The notes beneath the pieces were generated by a model. The model was not told the DNA's origin and did no database searches. It worked only from the letters and a program-made list of their open reading frames with translations. The position numbers and the translations under genes were made by a program. This document shows positions 8,844 to 17,555 of a stretch of DNA of 39,928 bases, piece after piece (the first letter of the stretch is position 1; the number at the start of each line of letters is the position of its first letter). Source of the DNA: a virus (taxonomy: Duplodnaviria > Caudoviricetes); the IMG/VR virus record IMGVR_UViG_3300048848_000222, positions 1 to 39,928 of that record; one strand, 5' to 3'.

Positions 8844-9740
8844 TCAGTTGACGCCGACGGTCACCCACGCCCGCACGGGGTTGTTGGGGAACCAGTAGTT
8901 CGTGTCGCGGCGGATGTACCGGAGCCGCACCTGCGTTGGCGACTTCGAGACCACGATCAGATCCGCGATCGTGTCGATCGAGTCGCTGCCGTAGAGGCTT
9001 CGGGTGACCTGCACCCAATCGGGGACGACGCCGAGGTTGTGGTTGACGAGCAGGTAGCCGTTCTCGTCCGAGTTCTGGCTGACCGTCACACCCTGCGGGT
9101 CGAGGTCGACCCACCCGGCACCGCGGCGCGTGTAGGTGCGCCCGTTGGCCAGCAGGTAGGACTTCTCGCCCGGCGCGGGAGCCCACGCATCCCGCTCGGC
9201 GAGATCTCGGGTTGGGACGATCCCGCCGATGGCCGTGGTCATCGGGAACTCTTCGACCACGGTGCAGTCGACGGTGCCGAGCACGTTCGCGGGTTGCAGC
9301 ACCCGCGCGATCGGCAACGCCCCCGTGGGCAGAGCCGGCCATGCCGGTGTCGCTGCTGCCGCGCCAGCGACCGCGGCGAGGATTGGTTCGTTGTCTGCAT
9401 CCGCACCGTCGACGTTGTCGCGCTGCAGCACGTAGACGCGCACGAACCGGCTGTTCGACGACGGCGCGGGCGGAAGTTCAATCGTGAGAGTGCCGTCATT
9501 CGCGATGGGAGTCACGCCGTACAGTGCCCCGCGGGTGAGCACCGCCTCGAAGGGGCCGATGTCGAGTGCCATGTCGGAGCGCGCGGACACGACGCCGGAG
9601 CGGTTCCCGAGGATGCCGGCGCGGACCAGGCCGGACGCGTCGCGCGCGTACAGCCCGGCCTGCGCCAGTCGCCCATCGAGCGCGGTCGCGCCGTCGGCCG
9701 GGGTGGTGCCGGCGACGAGCCATGATTTGCGGAGCGTCAT
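8844..9740 (-). CDS. Minor tail protein
   Basis: Follows Dit; PPAPSSNSRFVRVYV...PALPTGALPIARV pattern of actinophage minor tail proteins. Confidence 0.8.
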   Translation of the reverse strand: MTLRKSWLVAGTTPADGATALDGRLAQAGLYARDASGLVRAGILGNRSGVVSARSDMALDIGPFEAVLTRGALYGVTPIANDGTLTIELPPAPSSNSRFVRVYVLQRDNVDGADADNEPILAAVAGAAAATPAWPALPTGALPIARVLQPANVLGTVDCTVVEEFPMTTAIGGIVPTRDLAERDAWAPAPGEKSYLLANGRTYTRRGAGWVDLDPQGVTVSQNSDENGYLLVNHNLGVVPDWVQVTRSLYGSDSIDTIADLIVVSKSPTQVRLRYIRRDTNYWFPNNPVRAWVTVGVN

Positions 9741-9748
9741 CCGTCCTC

Positions 9749-10591
9749 CTAGACGTAGGTCGGCGGAAGCATGCCGATGAGTTGCGGTGTGCCGAACGGG
9801 TCACCGAGGGCCCGGAACTGCACCTGAACGGTGCCGCCCGGGGGGACGGAGAACCAGTCGCGGCGGGTGAGGAAGGTTGATCGGGAGACCCCGTCGACCA
9901 TCACGGTTCCGATGCGCGGTTCGATGGCGGCCTTCGATCCGATGAGGAGTGTCTGGTCGTACCGGATGATGCGGCCGGTGCCAACTTCCTCGAGTTCGAA
10001 CCCGTTCTGGATGCCTCCGAGCACCTCGAATGATGGCCACGCCAGCGCGGTGCCCACGTTCGACAGGGTGAGCCTCCCTGACGCACCGGGGGTGCCCCAG
10101 TTGAACGGCCACACCATCGGCCACAGGTGCCCCGTGCCCGCCGTAGGGAGGCCCGTGGTGACCGGGTCGGCGTCCTCGTAGCGGAACGGGTCCACAGCGA
10201 GGATGTCGATGCTGTACGAGAACGCTGCCGTCGACACCTTCGGCAGCGTGGAACGGAGGATCGTGACCCACCGCCACGACGACGAGAAGTCGTCCGTGAC
10301 CCGCATCAGAATCCGGTCGCGAGCGAACACGGCCGCGAGCTCCTGCCGGATGCGCTGCGCCTGCCGGAAGTCGTCCGCGACCACGAACGCGGTCATGGCC
10401 ATCACCCGGGCGGTGCGGTCGATCGTTCCCTGCCCGAACGCTCCGTGGCCCTGGGAACGTTCCTCCAGTTCGGCTTTCGAGTCGGTGTTGTCGTCCCAGT
10501 GGTCGATGGTCCGGAAGCCCAGCCCGTTGAATCCCGGGTCTGGGCCGCCGAACATCATCACTTCGTCGAACTCGACGCGAGCGGCCATCAT
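9749..10591 (-). CDS. Distal tail protein (Dit-like)
   Basis: Directly after TMP; AVDPFRY, WPMVWPFNWG, NVGTALAWP, WFSVPPG motifs. Confidence 0.85.
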   Translation of the reverse strand: MMAARVEFDEVMMFGGPDPGFNGLGFRTIDHWDDNTDSKAELEERSQGHGAFGQGTIDRTARVMAMTAFVVADDFRQAQRIRQELAAVFARDRILMRVTDDFSSSWRWVTILRSTLPKVSTAAFSYSIDILAVDPFRYEDADPVTTGLPTAGTGHLWPMVWPFNWGTPGASGRLTLSNVGTALAWPSFEVLGGIQNGFELEEVGTGRIIRYDQTLLIGSKAAIEPRIGTVMVDGVSRSTFLTRRDWFSVPPGGTVQVQFRALGDPFGTPQLIGMLPPTYV

Positions 10592-12744
10592 GCACCTGCC
10601 AGTTGCTCAGCGACCTCGCGGCCGAAGACCGTGGCCAGGACGCGAGGATCGTTGTCGCGGACATCGAAGTTGTTCGTCATCGACACCTGCGCGCCGGCCA
10701 TCCCCGGAGATGCCGCAGCCTGAGTGGCGGTGGTGCCCGAATATGAGATCCGTGCACTCGCGGCACCGCCGAACGGGTCTAGGCCGTCCGGGCCGAACCC
10801 TGCCTGGAACTGCTTCTCGATCGCAGGCCCGGCTCCTGCGAGGCGCTGCCACCCGCCGCCGGAGACGGAGAAGTAGCCGCGCTTGGCGGGACTATTCGGG
10901 AAGAAGCCGCCGACGAATTCCATGATGCCGTCGACGGCTTTTCCCACGTTGCTCAGCATCCCCTCGATGCCGTCAATGAAGCCCTGAATCAGCGCGCGGC
11001 CAGAACCGATCAGGAAGCCGCCGAGGTCACCTAGAGCAGCAGCGGCCCGGCTCGGAAGCGAGCCGATGAAGCCGACGACCTCGATAATCTTCGTGTTCAC
11101 GGAGGCCGCGAACTCAGCAATCGTGCCGATGATGTCGCCGATCCAGGTGCCGATCGCCTTCGCTGCCTCGAAGGCCGACCCGCCCAGGCCGAGGATCTTG
11201 TCGGCGGTCTCTCCGAGCGTCGCGTCACCTTTCAGCAGCGCGAAGAGAGCGTTGATGACCGCGGCTACGCCGGCCGTGTTGGTCGCCCAGTCGATCAGCA
11301 GAGGCGAGATGAGCACCAGCAGGTCGAGGAGGGGAGGTAGGGCCTCCGCTCCCATCCGGATCAGTTCAGGCAGGAGCGGAGCGATGGCCTCGACGAGCGA
11401 TACAAATGATGGCGCTGACGTGGCGAGTGCATCAGCGAGCTGAGGGCCGACGGTCTGAATTACGTCATTCAGGATCGGGATCAGCTGGTCGTTCGCGAGT
11501 TGCGTCAGCAGGGTGATCGTGGGCAGAAGGGCGGTACCGAGGGCCGTCTTCGAGTTCTCGAAGCTCGCCGCGAGCCGGGCCTGCTGACCCGCCGCGGTAT
11601 CCGCTTCCCGACCGAAGGCGCCTTGCGCGTCCGCGGTCTGCTGCGTGAGCAGCGCGAGGGTGGCCTGAACCTGCGCTTGCCGCTCGGCCTCGCCTGTGAG
11701 CCCTGAAAGACCCATCTCGGCGAGCTTCGCGTCGACAGCGGCCTGGTTGATGGACACGCCATAGCGCTCAATCGGGTCCCGCTCGCCTCGCAGCAGCGAC
11801 GACAGCGCCGACACGGCATCCGAGGTAGAGCCGCCATACTGCGCGGCGAGATCGGCGCCAAGGGAGATCAGTCCGTTGGTCTGAGTGGCAACCTCGCTCA
11901 TCGGAATGCCGAGGTTCTTGAACTGCGACCCGACGACTGTCGCGAATTCGTTGTACGACGACCGGGAGAGACCTACGCTCTGCGCGGCCGAGTCAGCCCA
12001 GGCGTCGACCGTTGAGGCCTGATCTTTGAAGACCGCTGAGACGCCACCCACGGACTGCTCGAGGTCCGAGGCGAGGGTGATCGACTCCTTGAAGAAGGTG
12101 AAGCCCTCCGACAGCGCCTCGCCGACGATCTGCCCCAGACCGATTGCAGCGACTGCGGCGGCGATCGGTGCCGCGATGCCTCGGATGCCGCCGACGAGGT
12201 TCGTGCGGAACCGGTCAGACCCCCGGGTCCCCGAGTCCGCCAGCTCGTCGGAAGCCCGGTCTGCCGCGCGAGCCAGGTCGCCCTGGGCGTCCTTGAGGTT
12301 CTTCGTCGACGACAGTGTGGTGTCCTGCGCCGACTGCAGTGTGCGTTGAGCTGAAGCGAGGCGTTCTTCCGCCCGCACCACCTGCGACGAGTCGCCGGCA
12401 TACTTCGAGCGCGCCTCCGCCAACTGAGTCTCGGCGAGACGAGTCTTGCCGGCGGCGTCCTGCTCCTTGAGCCTGGCCGCTGAGAGCGCCTTGGAGGCCC
12501 GGGCAACGTCCGCTTCCAGAGCCTTTGTCGCCTTGGCCGAGAACCCCTCGGAGGCCGACGAGAACGCGTCCTTGAATCCTTTGCCAGTCGAGCGACCAGC
12601 GGTGGTGCCGGTGTTGGCGAAGATCTTCCGGAAGCCGGTTGCTGCGGTGTCCGCTGCCCCGTCGGTCTCCTTCGCGACGGCCGAGCGGAAGCCCTTGAAG
12701 GTGGGGAAGATCGCTACTTGGCCGGAGCCGACTTCGCTTGCCAC
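10588..12744 (-). CDS. Tape measure protein
   Basis: 718 aa, Ala-rich and helical; ASDLEQSVGGV, GADLAAQYGG, LLRGERDPIERYGV, FFPNSPAKRG motifs; follows the chaperones. Confidence 0.95.
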   Translation of the reverse strand: MASEVGSGQVAIFPTFKGFRSAVAKETDGAADTAATGFRKIFANTGTTAGRSTGKGFKDAFSSASEGFSAKATKALEADVARASKALSAARLKEQDAAGKTRLAETQLAEARSKYAGDSSQVVRAEERLASAQRTLQSAQDTTLSSTKNLKDAQGDLARAADRASDELADSGTRGSDRFRTNLVGGIRGIAAPIAAAVAAIGLGQIVGEALSEGFTFFKESITLASDLEQSVGGVSAVFKDQASTVDAWADSAAQSVGLSRSSYNEFATVVGSQFKNLGIPMSEVATQTNGLISLGADLAAQYGGSTSDAVSALSSLLRGERDPIERYGVSINQAAVDAKLAEMGLSGLTGEAERQAQVQATLALLTQQTADAQGAFGREADTAAGQQARLAASFENSKTALGTALLPTITLLTQLANDQLIPILNDVIQTVGPQLADALATSAPSFVSLVEAIAPLLPELIRMGAEALPPLLDLLVLISPLLIDWATNTAGVAAVINALFALLKGDATLGETADKILGLGGSAFEAAKAIGTWIGDIIGTIAEFAASVNTKIIEVVGFIGSLPSRAAAALGDLGGFLIGSGRALIQGFIDGIEGMLSNVGKAVDGIMEFVGGFFPNSPAKRGYFSVSGGGWQRLAGAGPAIEKQFQAGFGPDGLDPFGGAASARISYSGTTATQAAASPGMAGAQVSMTNNFDVRDNDPRVLATVFGREVAEQLAGA

Positions 12745-12763
12745 ATCAGCCTCCCCGGGACTC

Positions 12764-13150
12764 TCAGGGGAACGCGGATCGGCGCTCCAGTTGCTTTCTC
12801 AGCTCCGCGCGCCGCTCGGGCGTCACATCCGCGTTCGGGTCCTTCTTGCCCCAGGGGCCGGCCAGAGCGATGAGCGCGCGCTGTTTCTTCACGTCCCGGT
12901 GGACGTTCATGTACCACTCGGCGTGTTGGATCGCGGCCCGCTCGCCCTGGCTTCCCGCGAACACCATCCGGGACATGTCCGCGTGCAGATGCGAGCCGGT
13001 TTCGCGCATCAGCTCGAGCGCGAGGAGGTAGGCCTCTCCGAACGTGCACGAGAACCCGATCTCGTCGAGCGACAGGCCGAAGTAGCGTCGGAAGTCGAAG
13101 ATGAGAGCGGGCTCGTGCTCGTCGATCAGTTCGAGGAGGCCGAGGATTCC
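12764..13150 (-). CDS. C-terminal part of the frameshifted tail assembly chaperone (gpGT-like)
   Basis: The -1 frame opens at the GGGGGAA site (GILGLLELIDEHEPALIFDFRRYFGLSL...) and runs into ORF 12764..13009. Confidence 0.85.
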   Translation of the reverse strand, partial: GILGLLELIDEHEPALIFDFRRYFGLSLDEIGFSCTFGEAYLLALELMRETGSHLHADMSRMVFAGSQGERAAIQHAEWYMNVHRDVKKQRALIALAGPWGKKDPNADVTPERRAELRKQLERRSAFP

Positions 13151-13449
13151 CCCGCGTTGGCCCGCTGCTGCTGGCCGAATGCGCGGAAGAACTCCTGCAC
13201 CAGTGGCATCGTCTCGGTCATGAAATCGAGTTCGTCGAGCTTCTCGATGGTCGCGGTGTCGCCGATGCCCTCGAGGATGACGACGAGCTGGTCGAGTTCG
13301 TCGCCTTGCCCGTTCATGACGTTCCGCGCGGCCCTGACGAGCTTCGTCTTGATCTGCAGCGGGATCTTGATCTCGCCCTCGGGTGTCTGCGCGACGAGCT
13401 TGCCGTCGATGGTCTGGTACTTCGGCTTCTCAGAGGTGCGTGCGGCCAT
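13126..13449 (-). CDS. Tail assembly chaperone (gpG-like)
   Basis: Between major tail and TMP; ends ...AGESSASSN. Confidence 0.9.
   Translation of the reverse strand: MAARTSEKPKYQTIDGKLVAQTPEGEIKIPLQIKTKLVRAARNVMNGQGDELDQLVVILEGIGDTATIEKLDELDFMTETMPLVQEFFRAFGQQQRANAGESSASSN
13147..13153 (-). other. -1 programmed ribosomal frameshift site G GGG GAA
   Basis: XXXYYYZ-type heptamer in frame near the end of the chaperone gene; the -1 frame is open. Confidence 0.85.
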
Positions 13450-13493
13450 GATGGGGATGTCCTTTCAGGGGTGTGGATGTGGTGGATGTGAGA

Positions 13494-13528
13494 GCGGGGC
13501 CGGCGACATCCACGAACGCCGGCCCCGC
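13494..13528 (-). other. 12-bp perfect hairpin between major tail and chaperone genes; its loop can pair downstream
   Basis: GCGGGGCCGGCG-N11-CGCCGGCCCCGC. Confidence 0.75.
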
Positions 13529-13539
13529 CGTCTTGGTGA

Positions 13540-14394
13540 CTACGCGACAGCGACCGCGGGAGCGGTGCCGCCCGTGAGAGCGCTCGTCGCGGTCAGGACG
13601 CCGTCCTCGGGCAGCGTGACGACGATCGGGCCGGTGCCCGACGATGTGATGCCCGAGATGCCGGTCACGCCCGACAGGGCGTTCAGGGCGGCGGTCACCG
13701 CGGCCGCGTTCGCGTTGTACGCGAGAGGTGCGGTCGCGAAGCCGTTCAGCACGAGCGTGAAGGTGCCGCCAGTGGGCGAACCGGAGATGGTGATGTCCCA
13801 GGACGTCTTCGCGTCCTCGCCGCTCTCCGCGGGGATAACCCACTCACCGAAGTGCTTGTTGCCGACGCCGGCGTGGCGGGCGATGTTGAAGGTGAGAGCG
13901 TTGCCCATCACCTCGCCGCGAGTCGATTGGTCTTCGGCCGAGGACGCGAGCGACACCGAGGGTGCCTGCCTGCGGCGGATTGCACCGTTCTTGAAGATCT
14001 CCTCGGTGAATACGACCCAGCGGGTCGCGTGGCCGCCGCCGTCGTGCTCGAGGTAGCCGTACTGGTCCGGTGCGACACCGGAGATGATGCGGCGCACGTG
14101 CGCGGCCAAAGCCTCCGCTGCCGTGATTGAGAGGGTGACGTTCGCGAGCCCGGAGGGGATCGAGTAGCCCTCCTGCCAGAACTCGAGCGGGTCGCCGTCG
14201 GCTTCCCACGCGAACTGGGGGCCGCCGTCGTCCTTCAGGAGGCCGATCTTCACGAACGAGTCCGGAAGCACCAGCGTCGGGCTCGCGCCAGCCGAAGGGG
14301 TCAGGAGGGTCGTGCCGTACGGGGCGAAGCCGATGTTCCCATCGACGGGGACGCCGACGGCACCGATGTCGTTGCCCTTTTCATCAGCAGACAT
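13540..14394 (-). CDS. Major tail protein with a C-terminal accessory domain
   Basis: GGAG RBS and ATG 14394; IGFAPYGT, KIGLLKDDGG motifs; C-terminal GSPTGGTFTL...AYNANAAAVTAALNAL domain. Confidence 0.9.
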   Translation of the reverse strand: MSADEKGNDIGAVGVPVDGNIGFAPYGTTLLTPSAGASPTLVLPDSFVKIGLLKDDGGPQFAWEADGDPLEFWQEGYSIPSGLANVTLSITAAEALAAHVRRIISGVAPDQYGYLEHDGGGHATRWVVFTEEIFKNGAIRRRQAPSVSLASSAEDQSTRGEVMGNALTFNIARHAGVGNKHFGEWVIPAESGEDAKTSWDITISGSPTGGTFTLVLNGFATAPLAYNANAAAVTAALNALSGVTGISGITSSGTGPIVVTLPEDGVLTATSALTGGTAPAVAVA

Positions 14395-14414
14395 CTGCTG
14401 TCTCCATTCATGAG

Positions 14415-14438
14415 AAAAGCCCCCGGATGTCCGAGGGC
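14415..14438 (-). terminator. Terminator-like hairpin upstream of the major tail gene
   Basis: GCCCTCGGACATCCGGGGGC-TTTT on the minus strand. Confidence 0.55.
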
Positions 14439-14458
14439 AGGGTGGGTGTGGATGAGGT

Positions 14459-14884
14459 TCAGAAGGCGCGGCCGGCGACCGCGTAGGTGATCGGGATGTA
14501 GCGGCGCGCGTATGGTTGCGATTCGGTGACCGGATACGGGCCGCCCGATGAGACGACGGCGGCGATCGGGTTCCCGGGCTCGTTGTCCGCAATGTCGCGG
14601 GCGATCGCGTGAACGATCAGCGCGAGGTCATTGCACGCTTTCGGGTTCTCCTTCGTGCCGCCGAGCACGGAAATTCCGACGTCGCGTTCCCCGGTGAGGA
14701 CGCTCGTGTCAGCGCCACCGAAGTCGTGCACAACGATGAGGAACTTCGGCCACACCTGACCGGGCAGCGGCTCCGTGTTGTCGACCTGCGCGACCTGCGC
14801 GACAGCGTTCGGGAGCGCGTGCAGCTCGGCGCGGAGGCGATCGCAGAGGTATAGCTCGAGGTCGGTATGGATGACGCGGGTCAT
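14459..14884 (-). CDS. Tail terminator / completion protein
   Basis: Position before major tail; 141 aa; GPYPV motif. Confidence 0.8.
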   Translation of the reverse strand: MTRVIHTDLELYLCDRLRAELHALPNAVAQVAQVDNTEPLPGQVWPKFLIVVHDFGGADTSVLTGERDVGISVLGGTKENPKACNDLALIVHAIARDIADNEPGNPIAAVVSSGGPYPVTESQPYARRYIPITYAVAGRAF

Positions 14885-15153
14885 CGTTTCTTCCTCGCCC
14901 GCAGCGACCGGGCAAGGTTGCCAGTCCTGGCCTCGATGAGCATCGTCTTCGGATCATCTGCGACTACGAGTGCGACGGTGCGGGTCTTGCGATTCGGGAT
15001 CACCTCGACGTGGATGCTGTCGCGATACTCACCCGTGTCGACCGGCGCAGATGCACGCGCCGCCGCGGCAATGTCCTCGGCCGCGTCTTTCACGAGTGCG
15101 ACGACGCCAGCAGAGTTGCCGAGTTCTTCGAAGAACGCGTTGTTGAACTGCAC
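14881..15153 (-). CDS. Neck protein, HK97 gp10-like
   Basis: APVDTGEYRDSI and IEARTGNLARSL motifs. Confidence 0.85.
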   Translation of the reverse strand: MQFNNAFFEELGNSAGVVALVKDAAEDIAAAARASAPVDTGEYRDSIHVEVIPNRKTRTVALVVADDPKTMLIEARTGNLARSLRARKKR

Positions 15154-15156
15154 GGC

Positions 15157-15537
15157 TCAGCCCTCCGTCATCTCCAGCGGGATCTCTACTACCGGCTGCC
15201 AGCCGGTGAAGGGGTTGCGGTCGGCTTCGGGCCGCTCGCGCACGTACCAGATCTGCCCGCCGACGCGGATGCGGTCGAGCGCTCGCACGTCGACCGAGGG
15301 GTCGGTGCTGAACAGGCTCTTGTTCGTGAGGATGCTCGAGCGTGTCGCGTCCGTGACCGCGGTGCTCGACGATGACGCCACCCATGCTCCGGGAAGCTCG
15401 ATCGTGTCGATGCCCTCCCATGGTTCCGGAGCACCCGGTTCGGGCCACGGCACCAGGGTCGTGCGGTCGGGGTTGTGCTCGCTCGGGACCGCAGCCCTGC
15501 GGTCGCGGTAGGCGGTCTCCCCGAATGGGAACTCCAT
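15157..15537 (-). CDS. Head-to-tail stopper
   Basis: ATG 15537 coupled to the upstream stop; DVRALDRIRVGG...NPFTGWQP. Confidence 0.85.
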   Translation of the reverse strand: MEFPFGETAYRDRRAAVPSEHNPDRTTLVPWPEPGAPEPWEGIDTIELPGAWVASSSSTAVTDATRSSILTNKSLFSTDPSVDVRALDRIRVGGQIWYVRERPEADRNPFTGWQPVVEIPLEMTEG

Positions 15538-15899
15538 CAGGTCTCCTCCGGCCACATCTGCGTGATCACGTGGGCGGGCTTCGGGAACGACCCCTGCGGG
15601 ATACCACCGGTCGGGGCCTCGCTGGCGCAGATGGCGCGGAGAGCGCGGGTGGGCTGACCGTCGAACGCGGACCCGATGTCGCCGTAGTCGACCGACGCAC
15701 CAGCGATCCGCTGGGCCTTTACGTATCGGGCGCCGCGGCCGACGATGTCTTTGTACACGCGCCTGAGGATGGCGAGCGCGTTCTTCTGCTCCTCCGAGTT
15801 GTCCGCGAAGGAGTCGAGGCAGGGGGCGATGTCGCGACCGATGATGAGCACCTCGCGTGCGAGATCCTCGTCATTGCCGAGCTGGTCTGGCGTGATCAC
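15537..15899 (-). CDS. Head-to-tail adaptor
   Basis: IAPCL, AILRR and PQGSFP motifs; position after the capsid genes. Confidence 0.8.
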   Translation of the reverse strand: MITPDQLGNDEDLAREVLIIGRDIAPCLDSFADNSEEQKNALAILRRVYKDIVGRGARYVKAQRIAGASVDYGDIGSAFDGQPTRALRAICASEAPTGGIPQGSFPKPAHVITQMWPEET

Positions 15900-15918
15900 G
15901 GCATCGCCCCCTTTCTCG

Positions 15919-16248
15919 TCAGGCCGAGGGCTGCTTGATCGCTTCGAGGATCGCAGCGAGCTTCTCGGGCTTCTTGTTCGGACCGGACAGATCGATGCCC
16001 TTGTCGGCAGCGAATGCCTCGAGCTCAGCGACGGTCCACTTCTCGGTCGGGTCGCCCTCGGGGATGACGACAGGCGCCTCCTCGTCGGTCTCCTCCTCGA
16101 CCGGAAGCTCGCTGATCATCCCCTCGGAAAGCAGACGGGCGATGACGTCCCCGTCCACCCCTTCCGGGACGACGGCGCCGCGCTCGATGAAGTGAGCGCG
16201 GGCGCCGGCTACGACCTGCACAGCAGCGGATTCCACGACGTACGTCAT
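15919..16248 (-). CDS. Capsid-adjacent protein with a C-terminal HeH/Rho-N-like domain
   Basis: ATG 16248; WTVAELEAFAADKGIDLSGPNKKPEKLAAI. Confidence 0.75.
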   Translation of the reverse strand: MTYVVESAAVQVVAGARAHFIERGAVVPEGVDGDVIARLLSEGMISELPVEEETDEEAPVVIPEGDPTEKWTVAELEAFAADKGIDLSGPNKKPEKLAAILEAIKQPSA

Positions 16249-17174
16249 CAGAGCCCCGTTCCCGTAATCTTCGTCCCCGCCCCAGGGTTGGCCACGATCG
16301 GAACGTCCGACTTCCGAGCCTGGATGCGGGTTGAGTCGTTCTTCTCGCGGAAGCGAGCGACCTCGACGTTCGACCCGTTCTGAGCAGCGATCGACGAGAG
16401 GGCCACGTACTCGGGTGACGGGATGTCCTCGTGGCCGATGCCGCCGAGATTGTCGGCGTCGACGACGGTGGGCACCCAGTTGCCTGGGAGGTCCGCCGAG
16501 CTCACCCAGTCCAGCCCGAGGATGTTCGGGAAGGAGCCCGCGAGGATGGGGTTGCCTGCCTCGCGCGGGAGGAGCGGGAGCAGCACGGGTGCGGCCGCGG
16601 CCCACTGCAGGTCCGTGAGCACCACGCTGGTGGCGCGGTAGCCCTTCTTCTGCCCCTTGATGGTGGCCTTCGCCAGTTCCACGTTCGCGACGATCGCAGC
16701 TGAGGAAGACCACGCCGCGCCCGTGACGGTATTGGAGACGGTGGACTGGATCGCGGCGATCGCAGCTGCGTCGAACTGCGACACGAGGTCGTAGGCGAGC
16801 ATTTGGATCGCTTTCTCGATCGGGTCCATCTGAAGACGTCCCACGGTCTCGTCCGCGATCTCGGTGCCGAGACCCTTCTTCAGCGCAGCCACGAGCACTG
16901 CCGCGTCGGCCGGGAGGGCGGTCAGCGGGTACTCGCCTCCGGGAGCGACGGTTTCCGCGCTCGAACCCGACGAGATGGCCTCGTCCGGGGTGTACGCGAT
17001 CGCACCGCCGACCATCGTGTACCGCCCGCGAAGCAGGTAGTGCGCGAGGAAGTTGTGATCGGAGAGGATCTCGGAGAAGCGCCGCGCGATGAGCGTGGGC
17101 GACTTCAGGAACGCCAGCGCCTGAGCGACAGTCGTGTTCCCGAGCGAGGAGCCCGGAATCGGATAGGTCAGCAT
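16248..17174 (-). CDS. Major capsid protein
   Basis: AAGGGG RBS and ATG 17174; 308 aa; VAPGGEYP motif; position after the decoration gene. Confidence 0.9.
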   Translation of the reverse strand: MLTYPIPGSSLGNTTVAQALAFLKSPTLIARRFSEILSDHNFLAHYLLRGRYTMVGGAIAYTPDEAISSGSSAETVAPGGEYPLTALPADAAVLVAALKKGLGTEIADETVGRLQMDPIEKAIQMLAYDLVSQFDAAAIAAIQSTVSNTVTGAAWSSSAAIVANVELAKATIKGQKKGYRATSVVLTDLQWAAAAPVLLPLLPREAGNPILAGSFPNILGLDWVSSADLPGNWVPTVVDADNLGGIGHEDIPSPEYVALSSIAAQNGSNVEVARFREKNDSTRIQARKSDVPIVANPGAGTKITGTGL

Positions 17175-17190
17175 GTTCGTATCCCCTTCC

Positions 17191-17553
17191 CTAGGCCCGC
17201 AGGACCTGGATGGTCTGGTCAGCCGCGGTTGCGGCGGACAGTGCGATGCCGAACACGCGACCAGTGGTCGCGGTCTGCACCTTGCCGAGGGTCGCGGCTT
17301 CGACGTTGGCGCCAGCAGCGATGGCCGCAGCGGCGACCGCCGTGTCGACAGGGCCGGGCAGGTGCACGATGACCTGGTCGCCGCTTGCCACATCGTGGCC
17401 GGCGGTGCCGATCGCCTTGGCTGAAGCGGCCGACGTGGGTACGCCCACCGAACGGTTGCCAGTGACCTCGACGACCTGGCCGCCGGTGATGGCGGTGGTC
17501 GCGGTGAAGGTCACGGCCTGGCCAGGCTTGAACTTGAGCAGGTGGTCAGCCAT
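17191..17553 (-). CDS. Capsid cement/decoration protein (DUF2190-like)
   Basis: FKPGQAVTFTATTAITGGQVV...IGTAGHDVASG...GIALSAA. Confidence 0.85.
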   Translation of the reverse strand: MADHLLKFKPGQAVTFTATTAITGGQVVEVTGNRSVGVPTSAASAKAIGTAGHDVASGDQVIVHLPGPVDTAVAAAAIAAGANVEAATLGKVQTATTGRVFGIALSAATAADQTIQVLRA

Positions 17554-17555
17554 GA

